From a virus (lineage: Duplodnaviria; Caudoviricetes): DNA of 48,965 nucleotides. Each line of letters starts with the position of its first letter. Position 1 is the stretch's first letter. Location: positions 1 to 48,965 of the IMG/VR virus record IMGVR_UViG_3300016469_000027. One strand, 5' to 3'. Both the position numbers and the translations under genes were made by a program. A model generated the notes under the pieces. It was not told the DNA's origin and searched no databases. It was given only the letters and a program-made list of their open reading frames with translations. Positions 1 through 9,515 of this stretch are shown in pieces.

Positions 1-1220
1 GTTGGAAGACTGTAATCAACAGGCGGATATACAGTAGGTGCAATCGGCGCGGGAGCAATCGGCGCGGGAGCAGTCGGCGCGGGTGCAGTCGGCGCGGGTG
101 CAGTCGGCGCAACTGGTGCGGGTGCAGTCGGCGCAACTGGTGCGGGTGCAGTCGGCGCAACTGGTGCGGGTGCAGTCGGCCCAACAAACTCATAAGGACT
201 CGTCGGAACTAGATTGACGAACGACGTAGGCTCACCAAGGACGGGGCTCACACCCGGAGCTACAGCGATACCACCCCCCGGAGCAGCCACAAACGGTGAA
301 GGCCCGACAGCAAGTCCACTTCCACCTCCATAGATCGGCATGTTGGCGAGATCGTAGGGGCTTGTTGGAAGCGCAGGAGGCAGCGTAAGCCCGCCACCCG
401 TTGGAAGACTGTAATCAACAGTCGCGGGTGCAGCAGGCGCAGGACCAACCGGCGAAACAGGGTATGACTCAGCAACCGGTGCAGGCGCAGGCGCAAGCAT
501 GGGCTCAGGTGTGGGCGCGGCAAAAGTAGGTGCCGTTGCAGATGGCCCCATGTTGACGAACGACGTAGGCTCACCAAGGATGGGGCTCGCACCTGGAGCC
601 ACGGCGATACCTCCGGCTGGGGCCGACACAAACGGTGAAGGTCCCATAACGAGTCCTTCACCTGCACTACTCAAGGTGGGGGCGAGGGACGAAAGACTGA
701 AGGGAGAGGACGCAAGCGCAGGACCAATCGAAAGCCCCGCACCTGTCCCACTCAACGTCGGAGCTAGACTTGTAAAGCTGTAGTCGGGTATGAAGGGTGT
801 TGCAAAAGTTGGAGCAGCACCGGCAATCTCGGTTGCCAGAGAGGCACTCGTTGGAAACGCCAGTCCGCCTCCAACCCCCGGCGTAAGGCTATACAAAGAC
901 TCTCCTACGCCAGTAGTAAGCCCCGGCCCAGCAACGGAAGCTGCCGCTGGTGCCGCAGCCGTAGCCGCTGGTGCCGCAGCCGCTTGTGCGGCGTTATATC
1001 CACCGAGGCCACCTCCAAGAGCCCCGAATAGAGCGCCTGTCTCTACGTCCTGGTCAAGAACTTTTGCACGTACTGCACCAAGTCCAGCACCAACCAATGC
1101 GGAACCAGCCGTCGCGCCAATGGCCGCAGACAGTCCAATCGAAGAAGCGATTGCAGGAGCCGCAAAGGGAATAGCGATTGCCGCCGCTACGCCTATAACA
1201 GTCTTGACAGCTTTACTCAT
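1..1220 (-). CDS. Pro/Ala/Gly-rich putative internal virion (ejection) protein, 3'-truncated by the window edge
   Basis: Not in the ORF track. ATG at 1220 with SD GAGGA upstream. Reads MSKAVKTVIGVAAAIAIPFAAPAIASSIGLSAAIGATAGSALVGAGLGAV..., and the same frame reads ...APTVYPPVDYSLP at position 1. Hydrophobic Gly/Ala N-terminus, located after the nozzle and GNAT-like genes as podovirus ejection proteins are. Confidence 0.7.
   Translation of the reverse strand, partial: MSKAVKTVIGVAAAIAIPFAAPAIASSIGLSAAIGATAGSALVGAGLGAVRAKVLDQDVETGALFGALGGGLGGYNAAQAAAAPAATAAAPAAASVAGPGLTTGVGESLYSLTPGVGGGLAFPTSASLATEIAGAAPTFATPFIPDYSFTSLAPTLSGTGAGLSIGPALASSPFSLSSLAPTLSSAGEGLVMGPSPFVSAPAGGIAVAPGASPILGEPTSFVNMGPSATAPTFAAPTPEPMLAPAPAPVAESYPVSPVGPAPAAPATVDYSLPTGGGLTLPPALPTSPYDLANMPIYGGGSGLAVGPSPFVAAPGGGIAVAPGVSPVLGEPTSFVNLVPTSPYEFVGPTAPAPVAPTAPAPVAPTAPAPVAPTAPAPTAPAPTAPAPIAPAPIAPTVYPPVDYSLP
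38..180. repeat. Coding tandem repeat: 4 x 15 bp plus ~3.5 x 24 bp
   Basis: G[TA]GCA[AG]TCGGCGCGG x4 (38-97), then GTGCAGTCGGCGCAACTGGTGCGG x3 (98-169) plus a partial copy. Encodes PTAPAPVA/PTAPA/PIAPA on the minus strand. Confidence 0.95.
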
Positions 1221-1229
1221 GATGTCCTC

Positions 1230-1664
1230 TCACAACGCCATTCTGACGTACATACACGACTTATTGAAGCCGAAACGATTTAGATAGATCTTCGCCAGTC
1301 GTTCTGGAGCGTACGCATCGAGAAACTGAACACCGTTAGCGCGTAGCCAATCGAGGATGGTCTGCCAGTACAGCGTCTTGAACCTCATCAAACCACGCCC
1401 TGCAAGAGCCATGATGTCTGCGCCCTTATGTCCGTTGGCGGTATTGAACTGGATCCCCATCACACACGCAGGTTCGCCGTCCTCGAAGCCAACAAAAACT
1501 GCCACGAGCCCGGTGACAGCCAAGATGTAGATATCTTTGGCGTCGAGTTCATCTTTGGCGATCTCATTGCCTTTGCAGGCAGCATCGAAATGCGGCTCCA
1601 ACACAGGCCATAGCTCCATGACCCGCTCGGGTGTCAGCATCTCGATGGACATCGTGCTCATCAC
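1230..1664 (-). CDS. GNAT-fold-like virion assembly protein
   Basis: 144 aa with GNAT-like pattern (IMALAGRG...LDWLRANGV...AKIYLNRFGF), located between the tail nozzle and ejection genes. Confidence 0.5.
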   Translation of the reverse strand: MMSTMSIEMLTPERVMELWPVLEPHFDAACKGNEIAKDELDAKDIYILAVTGLVAVFVGFEDGEPACVMGIQFNTANGHKGADIMALAGRGLMRFKTLYWQTILDWLRANGVQFLDAYAPERLAKIYLNRFGFNKSCMYVRMAL

Positions 1665-2443
1665 GTCGCCCCAGATGTCTTCCCAATCAGCCTATCGAAG
1701 AACTCAGTGCCCTTAGCCTTGACGATATGCGCTGGGATGACGTACTCACCCTCATGCGCGTTGATGAGCACTGATCCATCAGACTTCTTTGAGTCGGGCG
1801 TTGGTCCTCCACGTGCCATTGACGGGATCGGACCGCTTGAGACCTGGGACGCAGAGACCTGCGGGCCACCACCCTGCATCATGTTCTGCCCACCGACATC
1901 GGCCTGAATCGCTCGTGCCGCCATCAGGATCGTGAAGACCAAACCCTGGTCGTACTGCTGCGGAAGATCCTGCTCAGTCGCCAACCCCTGCTGAACGGCA
2001 AAACGCCGTACGTACGGATACATATCAGGGTTCTGGGCAGCCACCGTCGCAAGTTGAACCATCATGTTCAACTCTTGTTGCGTCAACTCACCAGTCTGCA
2101 TCAACTGCACGATGGTGTTACGCAGTTGCGCGACCCCTTGGGGGTTCTGACCTGCAACTCTGGAGACTTCCATCTGCAACATCTGGGGGCTCATCGGCCC
2201 CTGAGGCATCTGGTTTTGTGGGGCCAGCCCCACACTACCGGGGGGTGTAGGCATACCACCAGGGCCAATCATTCCACCTTGCTGGTAGGACGGAACGAAC
2301 GCACCGGGGGCCATCATCCCTGAGGAAATCCCAGTGTTGGGGTTTGGGCTCTGTTGCGGCACAGGCGTCCCGCTTCGCATCATGTTGGCAAGCGCCGGTG
2401 GTAAACCCATCGCCGCAGTGGGCATACGATTGTTCATGGTCAT
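1661..2443 (-). CDS. Gln/Gly/Met-rich putative internal virion protein
   Basis: 260 aa, low complexity. C-terminal HEGEYVIPAHIV motif of the type seen in phage virion proteins. 4-bp overlaps with neighbours. Confidence 0.6.
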   Translation of the reverse strand: MTMNNRMPTAAMGLPPALANMMRSGTPVPQQSPNPNTGISSGMMAPGAFVPSYQQGGMIGPGGMPTPPGSVGLAPQNQMPQGPMSPQMLQMEVSRVAGQNPQGVAQLRNTIVQLMQTGELTQQELNMMVQLATVAAQNPDMYPYVRRFAVQQGLATEQDLPQQYDQGLVFTILMAARAIQADVGGQNMMQGGGPQVSASQVSSGPIPSMARGGPTPDSKKSDGSVLINAHEGEYVIPAHIVKAKGTEFFDRLIGKTSGAT

Positions 2444-2802
2444 CCTTTCAGTTGGGTGATCAGCGCGTTCACCGTATTGCGCAGTACAGCAACGTCATTG
2501 GCAAGCTGCTGTACGTTACCGATAAGTTTTGCGTAGTCGTCCAAACTGGGTACCGTTACGCCGCTGATTGTAAAACCCGTACCCTCGGCAGTCACTCGTT
2601 GCATGTTCTGTACGGGAGGCGGAGCTACTGTGATTGAACCACGGATAACGGCTGCTGCGGACGCCGCAGAACCACCTCGTGCCCCAGTGAGGAGTTCGAG
2701 GTTCTCCTTCATCGTGTTAAGGGTGAGGTATTGCCAATCGGTCAGCCCTTGGTTCGGGATTGACGGGATCGTTGAGAAACGTGGTACTCGTGTAGTCATC
2801 AC
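2440..2802 (-). CDS. Hypothetical virion protein with C-terminal coiled coil
   Basis: 120 aa, coupled to neighbours; C-terminal heptads (VQQLANDVAVLRNTVNALITQLK). Confidence 0.65.
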   Translation of the reverse strand: MMTTRVPRFSTIPSIPNQGLTDWQYLTLNTMKENLELLTGARGGSAASAAAVIRGSITVAPPPVQNMQRVTAEGTGFTISGVTVPSLDDYAKLIGNVQQLANDVAVLRNTVNALITQLKG

Positions 2803-5231
2803 GCCTCCTTCAAGCCGATCATGGTCTCAGCCAAGTGGATCGCTCGAACACGGATATTACCTTCCACACCGACCTCAAACGTGTCAGTGCGATAGCCGGT
2901 TGGTAGGCGGAAGCCGTCCAGGTCATTGACTCCTGTAGTAAAGAGCAACTGCTTGTTTACCCAGAGCTTGAACGTGATTTCGTCCGGGTTGCTCCAACTG
3001 ATCAACGATGATTCCCAGGCCACTACCTGAGAGTCCCACGTGACGGTAAGCGTCGAGTAGTCAGCGATGACCCGAGCGGCACCTAGGTTGATCATGTCCT
3101 TGGTCACGATAACCTTGGACTTCCACTGCATGGTGAGCGCGGGCTGAGAAAGATCATCCCACTCGTAGATGTCGCCAAGCGTCCCGGAGACGTAGTACAA
3201 CTTGCCAGTCTGAGTGTCGTACCAAGAGGCAGTAAACACTGGCCCGATGTCGACAAAGAAGCCGCCCGTTTTCTGATCCTGTTCGAAGACGAAGCCACCC
3301 TGCGAGTGCGACGCAAGGTAGTTTTCTCCGTAGTACTCAGCCACCACCGTGGAAGGGTCAAGACTGACTGTCCATGTGTCGTTGTTGTACAGCAACCGTG
3401 TGACCAACGTCGGACCACTGTTCGGCGAGAAAACGGCCAAGCCGTCATTGGTGGACCACACGATGCCGTAACTCATCGTGACGACACTTCGGGGATTCAG
3501 ACACGGATACAGCGCATCGACACGGTTGACACTGGCCCCAGACGCTGGATCTGACACAGAGACTACGTACGGGTAACTCTTAGTCAACACCAGCAAAGAA
3601 CCCGCAGCCGCAGCAAGCGCCACGATGTCGTCGCCTACCGGAGTCGCGTACCCTGCGGGCCATGCGTGTGGTAGATCTGGCTCGGAGAAGTACAGCGTGT
3701 TACCAACAAACCCCACCAAGATGTTGCCCTGGATGGCGGTGAGCCCCTGAAGATCTTCAGGCGGAGGATCGTACTCATCAGACCCTAAGATCTCTGTCAG
3801 AGTACGAGAGTCGAAATCATCCGTGAAATCATAAGTGCCGTCACCCCAGTACCGGGCCGTCGAAGTCGGTGGGTCTTCAGAGACATCGTGGTACAGGGTC
3901 CCGGCACCAACAGTCGTGAAAGCCACATCACCTGCGACCTGGGCGTACTCAAACGTGTAGTCGTCGATAACGTCAGTAACGATGCCGCCCGTGATATCGA
4001 ATGAAGCGTCCGTACACCCACTGATCTTGAACCGGTCATCGATCCCAAGGTTGTGCGGGAACAACAATGCAACCCGAGAGACATTGGACGTGCGCTGCAC
4101 CGAGGCAAGCGCAGTGGGGAACCACAGTGTATTGAGAAGGAAGTACTCTGTGCCGGACGTAGACGCCAAGGTGCGGTAGAGCCGCACACCACGCACAAAG
4201 TTGTTGCCACTTGGCTTGACGGTCGGGATGTTTGACACCGTGACCGTGATGCCTTCCTTGATGAACAGGTTAGCCGACGGCTTCGACGCAATGGACTCTT
4301 CCCCCCACGGGGTAAACCACGTGAAGACGTAAGACCGTGCCTGCGTCAAGCCGCCAAGATCGACCTTTCCTGCCGTGTATGTACCTGTGGTGACTTGGAA
4401 GCCAGGGCTGAAGTAGGTGAGCGTCGTGCTGTTGACCACCGTGCATTCCACGTTGGTCGCGTTGAACGAGCGCAAGTCCCAGTTGACGTTTCCACTCGTC
4501 GTGGCCGACACAGACGCGATCACATCGAACGTGTTGGTAGTGACGTTGCTGATCGTGAACGTACCATCAGTGGCGGTGCCAGAGGTGAAGTCAAGTGTGA
4601 CTGTTGCACCATTCGCCAGCCCGTGGTTGTTGATCGTTACCGTGATCGTGGTTGAAGCAGCTTGGTTGTAAGTCCCACTGGTAAACGTGAACCCGGAGAC
4701 CGTGATGATGTTGCCCGTGCGCAACCCATGTGCGGCACTCGTAACGATGGTGGCAATGTTGCCTGCGTCACGTGCAAACGTGCTGGTGGACGCGGTTGTA
4801 AACGTCGAGGCCACCGTCGTCAGCACCGACGTATCCGGTGGAACGGGTAACCCCAAGTCGTAGTAGCCAATCGGATACGGCGGCGACCCAGTGGTCGCCA
4901 ACTCGTAGTTGCTGATCTTTGGGCTACCGTCCCCCGTGTAGTAGAACCGCTGCTCATCCTGGAGGTTGGTCGAGGCAACCGCGATGTCGACGTTCGTGGT
5001 CCATGAAAGCCACTTCAAGTCGTTGGGATTGCTTGGGTTGCGCAGCGCGTAGAGCGTTTTGATTGCGCCCGGACGGGAGGTGTTGGCGACCACGACTGGC
5101 TGCGGGTAGGGGAGTAAATCCCCTGAGTACAACTTGCAGTTTGTAGCGATCTGCGCTGCCGTGTTCGGCAGCAACTCCGGGCTGATCTTGGGGGCTTTGC
5201 CCAGGAAGCTGATGATCTTGACGCCAGCCAT
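2799..5231 (-). CDS. Tail nozzle / tail tubular B-like (P22 gp10-like) protein with inserted beta modules
   Basis: 810 aa. C-terminal beta-propeller-like motifs (GFVGNTLYFSEPDLPHAWP, WKSKVIV, GFRLPTGYR). Size and position fit a nozzle protein. Confidence 0.65.
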   Translation of the reverse strand: MAGVKIISFLGKAPKISPELLPNTAAQIATNCKLYSGDLLPYPQPVVVANTSRPGAIKTLYALRNPSNPNDLKWLSWTTNVDIAVASTNLQDEQRFYYTGDGSPKISNYELATTGSPPYPIGYYDLGLPVPPDTSVLTTVASTFTTASTSTFARDAGNIATIVTSAAHGLRTGNIITVSGFTFTSGTYNQAASTTITVTINNHGLANGATVTLDFTSGTATDGTFTISNVTTNTFDVIASVSATTSGNVNWDLRSFNATNVECTVVNSTTLTYFSPGFQVTTGTYTAGKVDLGGLTQARSYVFTWFTPWGEESIASKPSANLFIKEGITVTVSNIPTVKPSGNNFVRGVRLYRTLASTSGTEYFLLNTLWFPTALASVQRTSNVSRVALLFPHNLGIDDRFKISGCTDASFDITGGIVTDVIDDYTFEYAQVAGDVAFTTVGAGTLYHDVSEDPPTSTARYWGDGTYDFTDDFDSRTLTEILGSDEYDPPPEDLQGLTAIQGNILVGFVGNTLYFSEPDLPHAWPAGYATPVGDDIVALAAAAGSLLVLTKSYPYVVSVSDPASGASVNRVDALYPCLNPRSVVTMSYGIVWSTNDGLAVFSPNSGPTLVTRLLYNNDTWTVSLDPSTVVAEYYGENYLASHSQGGFVFEQDQKTGGFFVDIGPVFTASWYDTQTGKLYYVSGTLGDIYEWDDLSQPALTMQWKSKVIVTKDMINLGAARVIADYSTLTVTWDSQVVAWESSLISWSNPDEITFKLWVNKQLLFTTGVNDLDGFRLPTGYRTDTFEVGVEGNIRVRAIHLAETMIGLKEA

Positions 5232-5599
5232 CAGTAACTCCAGATCGCTGGATGCTCACGGATGTCGAGGTGCAGAAACCGCCCGTTGCCCTTCTGCTGT
5301 ACCCCAATACCAGTGAAGTTGGCTTCGAGCGCGAGACGGAGCAAGGTAAGCGCATCCGCCCCACTGACCCCAATGTCTGCCGCAATACCCATCGAGTGCG
5401 TACCAGGAGACGCCTTGGCCTTCTCAACCGGATGGTTAGGGCAACGGTATCCTGACGTGATCACCATCGGCTTGCCATAGACCGTACGCAAGGCTTGTAG
5501 TCGGCCCAAGAAAACGGGGCTCATATCGTTGCGACCGCAGCCGCAACGACACGAAAACTCAGCCGCGTCGAAGTTCTTGTAGACCGACCAATCCATCAC
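5231..5599 (-). CDS. Peptidase M15A family endolysin
   Basis: Motifs F-x-C-R-C-G-C, ITSGYRC, H-x6-D (HSMGIAAD) and FLHLDIR. Lies next to a holin-like gene. Confidence 0.85.
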   Translation of the reverse strand: MMDWSVYKNFDAAEFSCRCGCGRNDMSPVFLGRLQALRTVYGKPMVITSGYRCPNHPVEKAKASPGTHSMGIAADIGVSGADALTLLRLALEANFTGIGVQQKGNGRFLHLDIREHPAIWSY

Positions 5600-5766
5600 T
5601 GACGCCGTTTCTTATCAGCAACCGACCAACCCAGACCAGCCAACGTGGCGAGAGCAGCAACGATGCCCTCCCAGGTGGCTCCGTCGATACCCCAGGATAC
5701 GGCAAACCCACCACCAACGGCAGTGAGGATGTGTCGAACGACTGCGGAGATGATAGTCGCGTTCAT
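5596..5766 (-). CDS. Putative holin (56 aa, two hydrophobic segments)
   Basis: Read by hand: MNATIISAVVRHILTAVGGGFAVSWGIDGATWEGIVAALATLAGLGWSVADKKRRQ. SD AAGGAG, basic C-terminal tail, overlaps the endolysin start. Confidence 0.7.
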   Translation of the reverse strand: MNATIISAVVRHILTAVGGGFAVSWGIDGATWEGIVAALATLAGLGWSVADKKRRQ

Positions 5767-5776
5767 GTGTAGCTCC

Positions 5777-5920
5777 TTACTTCTTGGCTTTCAACATGCA
5801 CTTGCCCATCGCCTTGCACTTGGCAGGATTGGGGCACTGGGCGCACGGCTTGAACACAGGACCACCCTTGGCGTACGACATGGGCTTCTTGGCTTCGGGC
5901 TTCTTCATCATTCCAGGCAT
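5777..5920 (-). CDS. Small Lys-rich Cys4 protein (47 aa)
   Basis: Read by hand: MPGMMKKPEAKKPMSYAKGGPVFKPCAQCPNPAKCKAMGKCMLKAKK. SD AAGGAG; fills the intergenic gap. Confidence 0.7.
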   Translation of the reverse strand: MPGMMKKPEAKKPMSYAKGGPVFKPCAQCPNPAKCKAMGKCMLKAKK

Positions 5921-5946
5921 GATCTACTCCTTAGGTTGAAAATCCC

Positions 5947-6279
5947 TCAGATCCCTTCACCGGGGGTAATATAAACCACTGAGGTACTGGTAGAAGTTGT
6001 ACCGCTAAAGTACGACCCTGCGGCAAACCCGAAGATCTCAACGGCTCCGGGAAGGATCGGCACTGCACCTGCTGCGAGTGAGGCAGCAGCAGTCTTGGCA
6101 GCGGCGTCAGACGCCCCAACGCCAAGCAATACCACTTGCGTACCAGCGTTTACCACGCGGTAGCGGTTGGCTGGACGGGTCGTTGGGGCAGAAGACACCG
6201 CCTGTGCTGAAGTCGGAGCCGCTGCTGCCGCAGTGAACGTCACCGTCAGGCCGATGGGGGAAAAAGCATTGACTTCCAT
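5947..6279 (-). CDS. Hypothetical virion-associated protein
   Basis: 110 aa, beta-rich, SD AAGGAG. Confidence 0.7.
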   Translation of the reverse strand: MEVNAFSPIGLTVTFTAAAAAPTSAQAVSSAPTTRPANRYRVVNAGTQVVLLGVGASDAAAKTAAASLAAGAVPILPGAVEIFGFAAGSYFSGTTSTSTSVVYITPGEGI

Positions 6280-6288
6280 GAGTGCTCC

Positions 6289-7584
6289 TTAGGTAGTGAT
6301 TGCTTGCAGGTCGGTGTTGGATAAACGTACGGGGTAGTAGGCGACGCGGCGAAGGTGCCCATGTAAAAAAAGATCAGTCCCAGTAGGTCCAACACCTAAA
6401 TTCATAGTAGTAACTGTAGGTACTGTACCGACCGTATCAGTTTGTACTGATAATCCTTGGGCTGTAAAAGCGAAGTCATTAGTTTTATACGCAATAGCGG
6501 ATTTTCTAACGACGTTTGCTCCGAACGCCGCTGAAGTACCCCCATAAAATCCTGCTTGCGCAGAACCTGAAGCACTGACTTCGCCAAAAGGATATAGATT
6601 AGCCCCTGTATTTGTAGAGTTCATGCTAATTCTATTATTCGCTGTGCCATCCGATAAAGACGCCATAGCGGGGAACTGACCTGATGCCCCATAACTAGCG
6701 ACAGAAAACTCGGCAAAGAGCGTACCTTCAACACTATTAAACCAAGGTACTAACGTCGTAATAGTAGCCACATCAGCATTACGCGCTACTGCGCTACCCG
6801 ATGTTGGGATAGCACTTGTAACAAACGCGCCCAGTTCTAGTTGCGGCAAACCAATACGGATTGTAACATCTACAGCACCAGACGCTGTAGATTGAACCCG
6901 AAGAAGTGGTTGGATCAATGCAGTGTTCGCAGGGGTGGCTGCGGTACTCACACGACGTTGTGTTTTTAATGCTGCGGATGTCACCGACAAAGCCGCGCTA
7001 ACTGTACTACTAATAAAAGTTGGTGTACTATTGTAATAATCGGTTCTTATGTTGATTGCATTGACGTTAGTGAGCGAACCAGCTTGAAGTTTTAGATATA
7101 GTGATTGTGTCCATGTTTGAGACGCAGTAGTAGCAGTCGAACTATCTAGAAAAATTAAAGCGCTGCGTTGCGCAGTTACAGTTCCAGAAATACGGATATC
7201 AACATACGCTATACCATCATCAGTTCCAACTCCAGCGATGGCCGCTACTAACTGACTACCCGCCTCAAAGTAAGTCCAGTTCGTAGGAAACGTCCCCGGC
7301 GTTCCAGCTACGGCACCTACCATCGTAGAATTTTTAAGCGAGTTTGTTCTACCACTCTCAACCAAAAATCCTCGTAATGCTAACGTAGCAGGGTCGTAGT
7401 CAAACCGAGAAACGCCATTAGCAGCAGACTGCAATACACCAGCCGAGTCAAAATAGGTCGCATTACTGGCGCGGGTAAACGTAATTCTTGGATCGAGTGT
7501 ATCTCGCCCAAGAAAGCTCAGATCAAGCGTCGCCGGGTATGGGGACGCAGACTGGCGACTACGAGGAAAGCGGTTAATTCTCAT
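6289..7584 (-). CDS. Fibre/spike protein with carbohydrate-binding and LamG-like domains
   Basis: LDPRITFTRASNATYFD...RFDYDP...GFLVES...TN, PQLELGAFVTSAIPT, and C-terminal GHLRRVAYYPVRLSN. Visibly lower GC. Confidence 0.7.
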   Translation of the reverse strand: MRINRFPRSRQSASPYPATLDLSFLGRDTLDPRITFTRASNATYFDSAGVLQSAANGVSRFDYDPATLALRGFLVESGRTNSLKNSTMVGAVAGTPGTFPTNWTYFEAGSQLVAAIAGVGTDDGIAYVDIRISGTVTAQRSALIFLDSSTATTASQTWTQSLYLKLQAGSLTNVNAINIRTDYYNSTPTFISSTVSAALSVTSAALKTQRRVSTAATPANTALIQPLLRVQSTASGAVDVTIRIGLPQLELGAFVTSAIPTSGSAVARNADVATITTLVPWFNSVEGTLFAEFSVASYGASGQFPAMASLSDGTANNRISMNSTNTGANLYPFGEVSASGSAQAGFYGGTSAAFGANVVRKSAIAYKTNDFAFTAQGLSVQTDTVGTVPTVTTMNLGVGPTGTDLFLHGHLRRVAYYPVRLSNTDLQAITT

Positions 7585-7595
7585 AGTAAGTCGCC

Positions 7596-9506
7596 CTAAC
7601 TAAAAACATGGGTCCCAGAAAATTTAACCATTATCTTAGAGTCTGTCCGCGTCGATCCTGCGTTAAATACTTGAAGTACTAATTCGCCCCCACTAACTAC
7701 AAAGGGTGATGAACTTAGAGAAACTGCACCAGGAGCATAGTAGTTTTGCAGCGTCGCTGTTAGGGAAGTTCCGTCATATGCGATAGCCAGTGATCCAGCC
7801 CAAACAGAGGTGCCTAAAGAGGTATATACAACTACTGAAACAGTACCATTAAATACTCGCCCAACACGAACTATAGGAATTTGTGTAGTTATTGTTGGTC
7901 CTGAAAGAGTAACGCCGTCTTTGGCAACACTCCACCCTCCGGAAGTAATTTGTAAGTTAGCAGTATCTATAGGGTTAGAACATGCCCTATAAAAATTTGC
8001 GTCGACAAATCCATCCCCCAATACACCAGTCCCACAATTCGTAATTGAGTTGTCTAACACTTGCGCATTAGAACTCGCGGGTAAGAAAATCCCAGTCGTA
8101 CAACCACGTACTATATTACCCTGAACATGGACGGCTGGAGAATTATTATCTAACTCTATTCCATATGTAAATCCAGTGATCACATTCCCGGAACACACTA
8201 CATGTTCTGCATTTGGCCCCCGTGGATCGTATTGAATAGCAATACCGGATCCTCCCACGGTACCTGTTCTGGTAATAGTATTTCCCGTAATAGATATGTT
8301 AGTGGGTGTGTATAATACTCCACTGATGTCATTATCTAGAAATCGAATACCATCCCCCCAAATAACTTGGTTAGTTAGCTCACCAATCGTAATCGTATTG
8401 TTACTAATGACGATATTTCGGCACGCTTCTTCTACGTGAATAGCTTCCCCCGCAGTCAAACCATTAAAAACATTTCCTGTAATCGTACAATCAGTAACTG
8501 TGGCAAGCCCAATATGATGGACAGACCCAGAAGATGGCGATCTAATAGTCTCAAAAATATTATCTGAAATAATAATATTTTTATGTACACCAGAGGGAGA
8601 GTTTGGAGACCAATGTGCTGTGTAGTTTTCGTAAAAACGATTACGGGAAATTATCCAATCCTGCTCCGTTGCTTGGCTAGCATTAGTCTTAAGTATCGTG
8701 TAATACCAGTTATGGATAGAAGAATCTAACAACTGGAAGTTGTTAGTCTCAGTGCCTGCGGCCGATGGAAGATTAAAAAGATACGTAAAATGCGTAGGCG
8801 CAGTCAAGTAATTATTACTAGATAAAAGTTCACATCCTGTAATAGATATATTTTCTCGCTGGCCGGTGCCAAAAATGAATAGACTCGCAAGTTGATTACT
8901 GAATACTGTAAGTTTGATCTTTAATTTATCGAATGTAATATTGCTGTTGCTAATTCCAAAAACATTGAGATAGGTGCTTCCAGTAGTTCTAATATCAAGA
9001 AAACTTTCTGCCCCATCGCCAAATATAGTCGTACCTGCGGCAATACCACCTATACCGGCTGCATCCGGCAATAAAATAATGTAGTGCCCAGCCGGAATAT
9101 ATAGACGTTTACCAGCGGCAGCAGCCAAAGCAAGTTTTATAGCATCGTAATTATCTGTACTCCCATCCCCAACACCATAGGCGCCGAATGAAATAAAATC
9201 ATTAGACGCTGCTTCTAAAACACTTTGCGCAGTAATCCGCATCTCAACACGAGAACCAGCAGCAAAAGATTGCGCGGTTGTGTTGTCTTGCGCCCGAATA
9301 ATTGTCATTGAGTCACCGATACGAGCGGTGACTTTAACAATCTCCTGGGTCCCCCCAGCACTAATAAGAGTCGCGTAAAAATAATCTCCCGCTAGCAATG
9401 TAGGGAATAGTGCTCCTGTTCCAGCAGCAACAGTTACCCCAACGTCAGACGCACTAATAGTAGTCGCAGTTGTGCTAGAAACATTATTTTTAAGTTTGAT
9501 AGGCAT
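7596..9506 (-). CDS. Tailspike / parallel beta-helix polysaccharide depolymerase
   Basis: N-terminal anchor domain, then YGVGDGSTDNYDAI...LYIPAGHY (pectate-lyase-3-like start) and repeated ISNN/ITGN/CSGN/VQGN beta-helix coils. AT-rich. Confidence 0.8.
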   Translation of the reverse strand: MPIKLKNNVSSTTATTISASDVGVTVAAGTGALFPTLLAGDYFYATLISAGGTQEIVKVTARIGDSMTIIRAQDNTTAQSFAAGSRVEMRITAQSVLEAASNDFISFGAYGVGDGSTDNYDAIKLALAAAAGKRLYIPAGHYIILLPDAAGIGGIAAGTTIFGDGAESFLDIRTTGSTYLNVFGISNSNITFDKLKIKLTVFSNQLASLFIFGTGQRENISITGCELLSSNNYLTAPTHFTYLFNLPSAAGTETNNFQLLDSSIHNWYYTILKTNASQATEQDWIISRNRFYENYTAHWSPNSPSGVHKNIIISDNIFETIRSPSSGSVHHIGLATVTDCTITGNVFNGLTAGEAIHVEEACRNIVISNNTITIGELTNQVIWGDGIRFLDNDISGVLYTPTNISITGNTITRTGTVGGSGIAIQYDPRGPNAEHVVCSGNVITGFTYGIELDNNSPAVHVQGNIVRGCTTGIFLPASSNAQVLDNSITNCGTGVLGDGFVDANFYRACSNPIDTANLQITSGGWSVAKDGVTLSGPTITTQIPIVRVGRVFNGTVSVVVYTSLGTSVWAGSLAIAYDGTSLTATLQNYYAPGAVSLSSSPFVVSGGELVLQVFNAGSTRTDSKIMVKFSGTHVFS

Positions 9507-9515
9507 TTCAGAACC

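Noticed and set aside
38-180. Possible CRISPR array
   Set aside because: Units are contiguous with no unique spacers, are multiples of 3, and are coding.
260-1287. Track ORFs 260..667, 499..783, 790..1287, 971..1174
   Set aside because: Alternate-frame or antisense products of the real minus-strand ORF starting at 1220.
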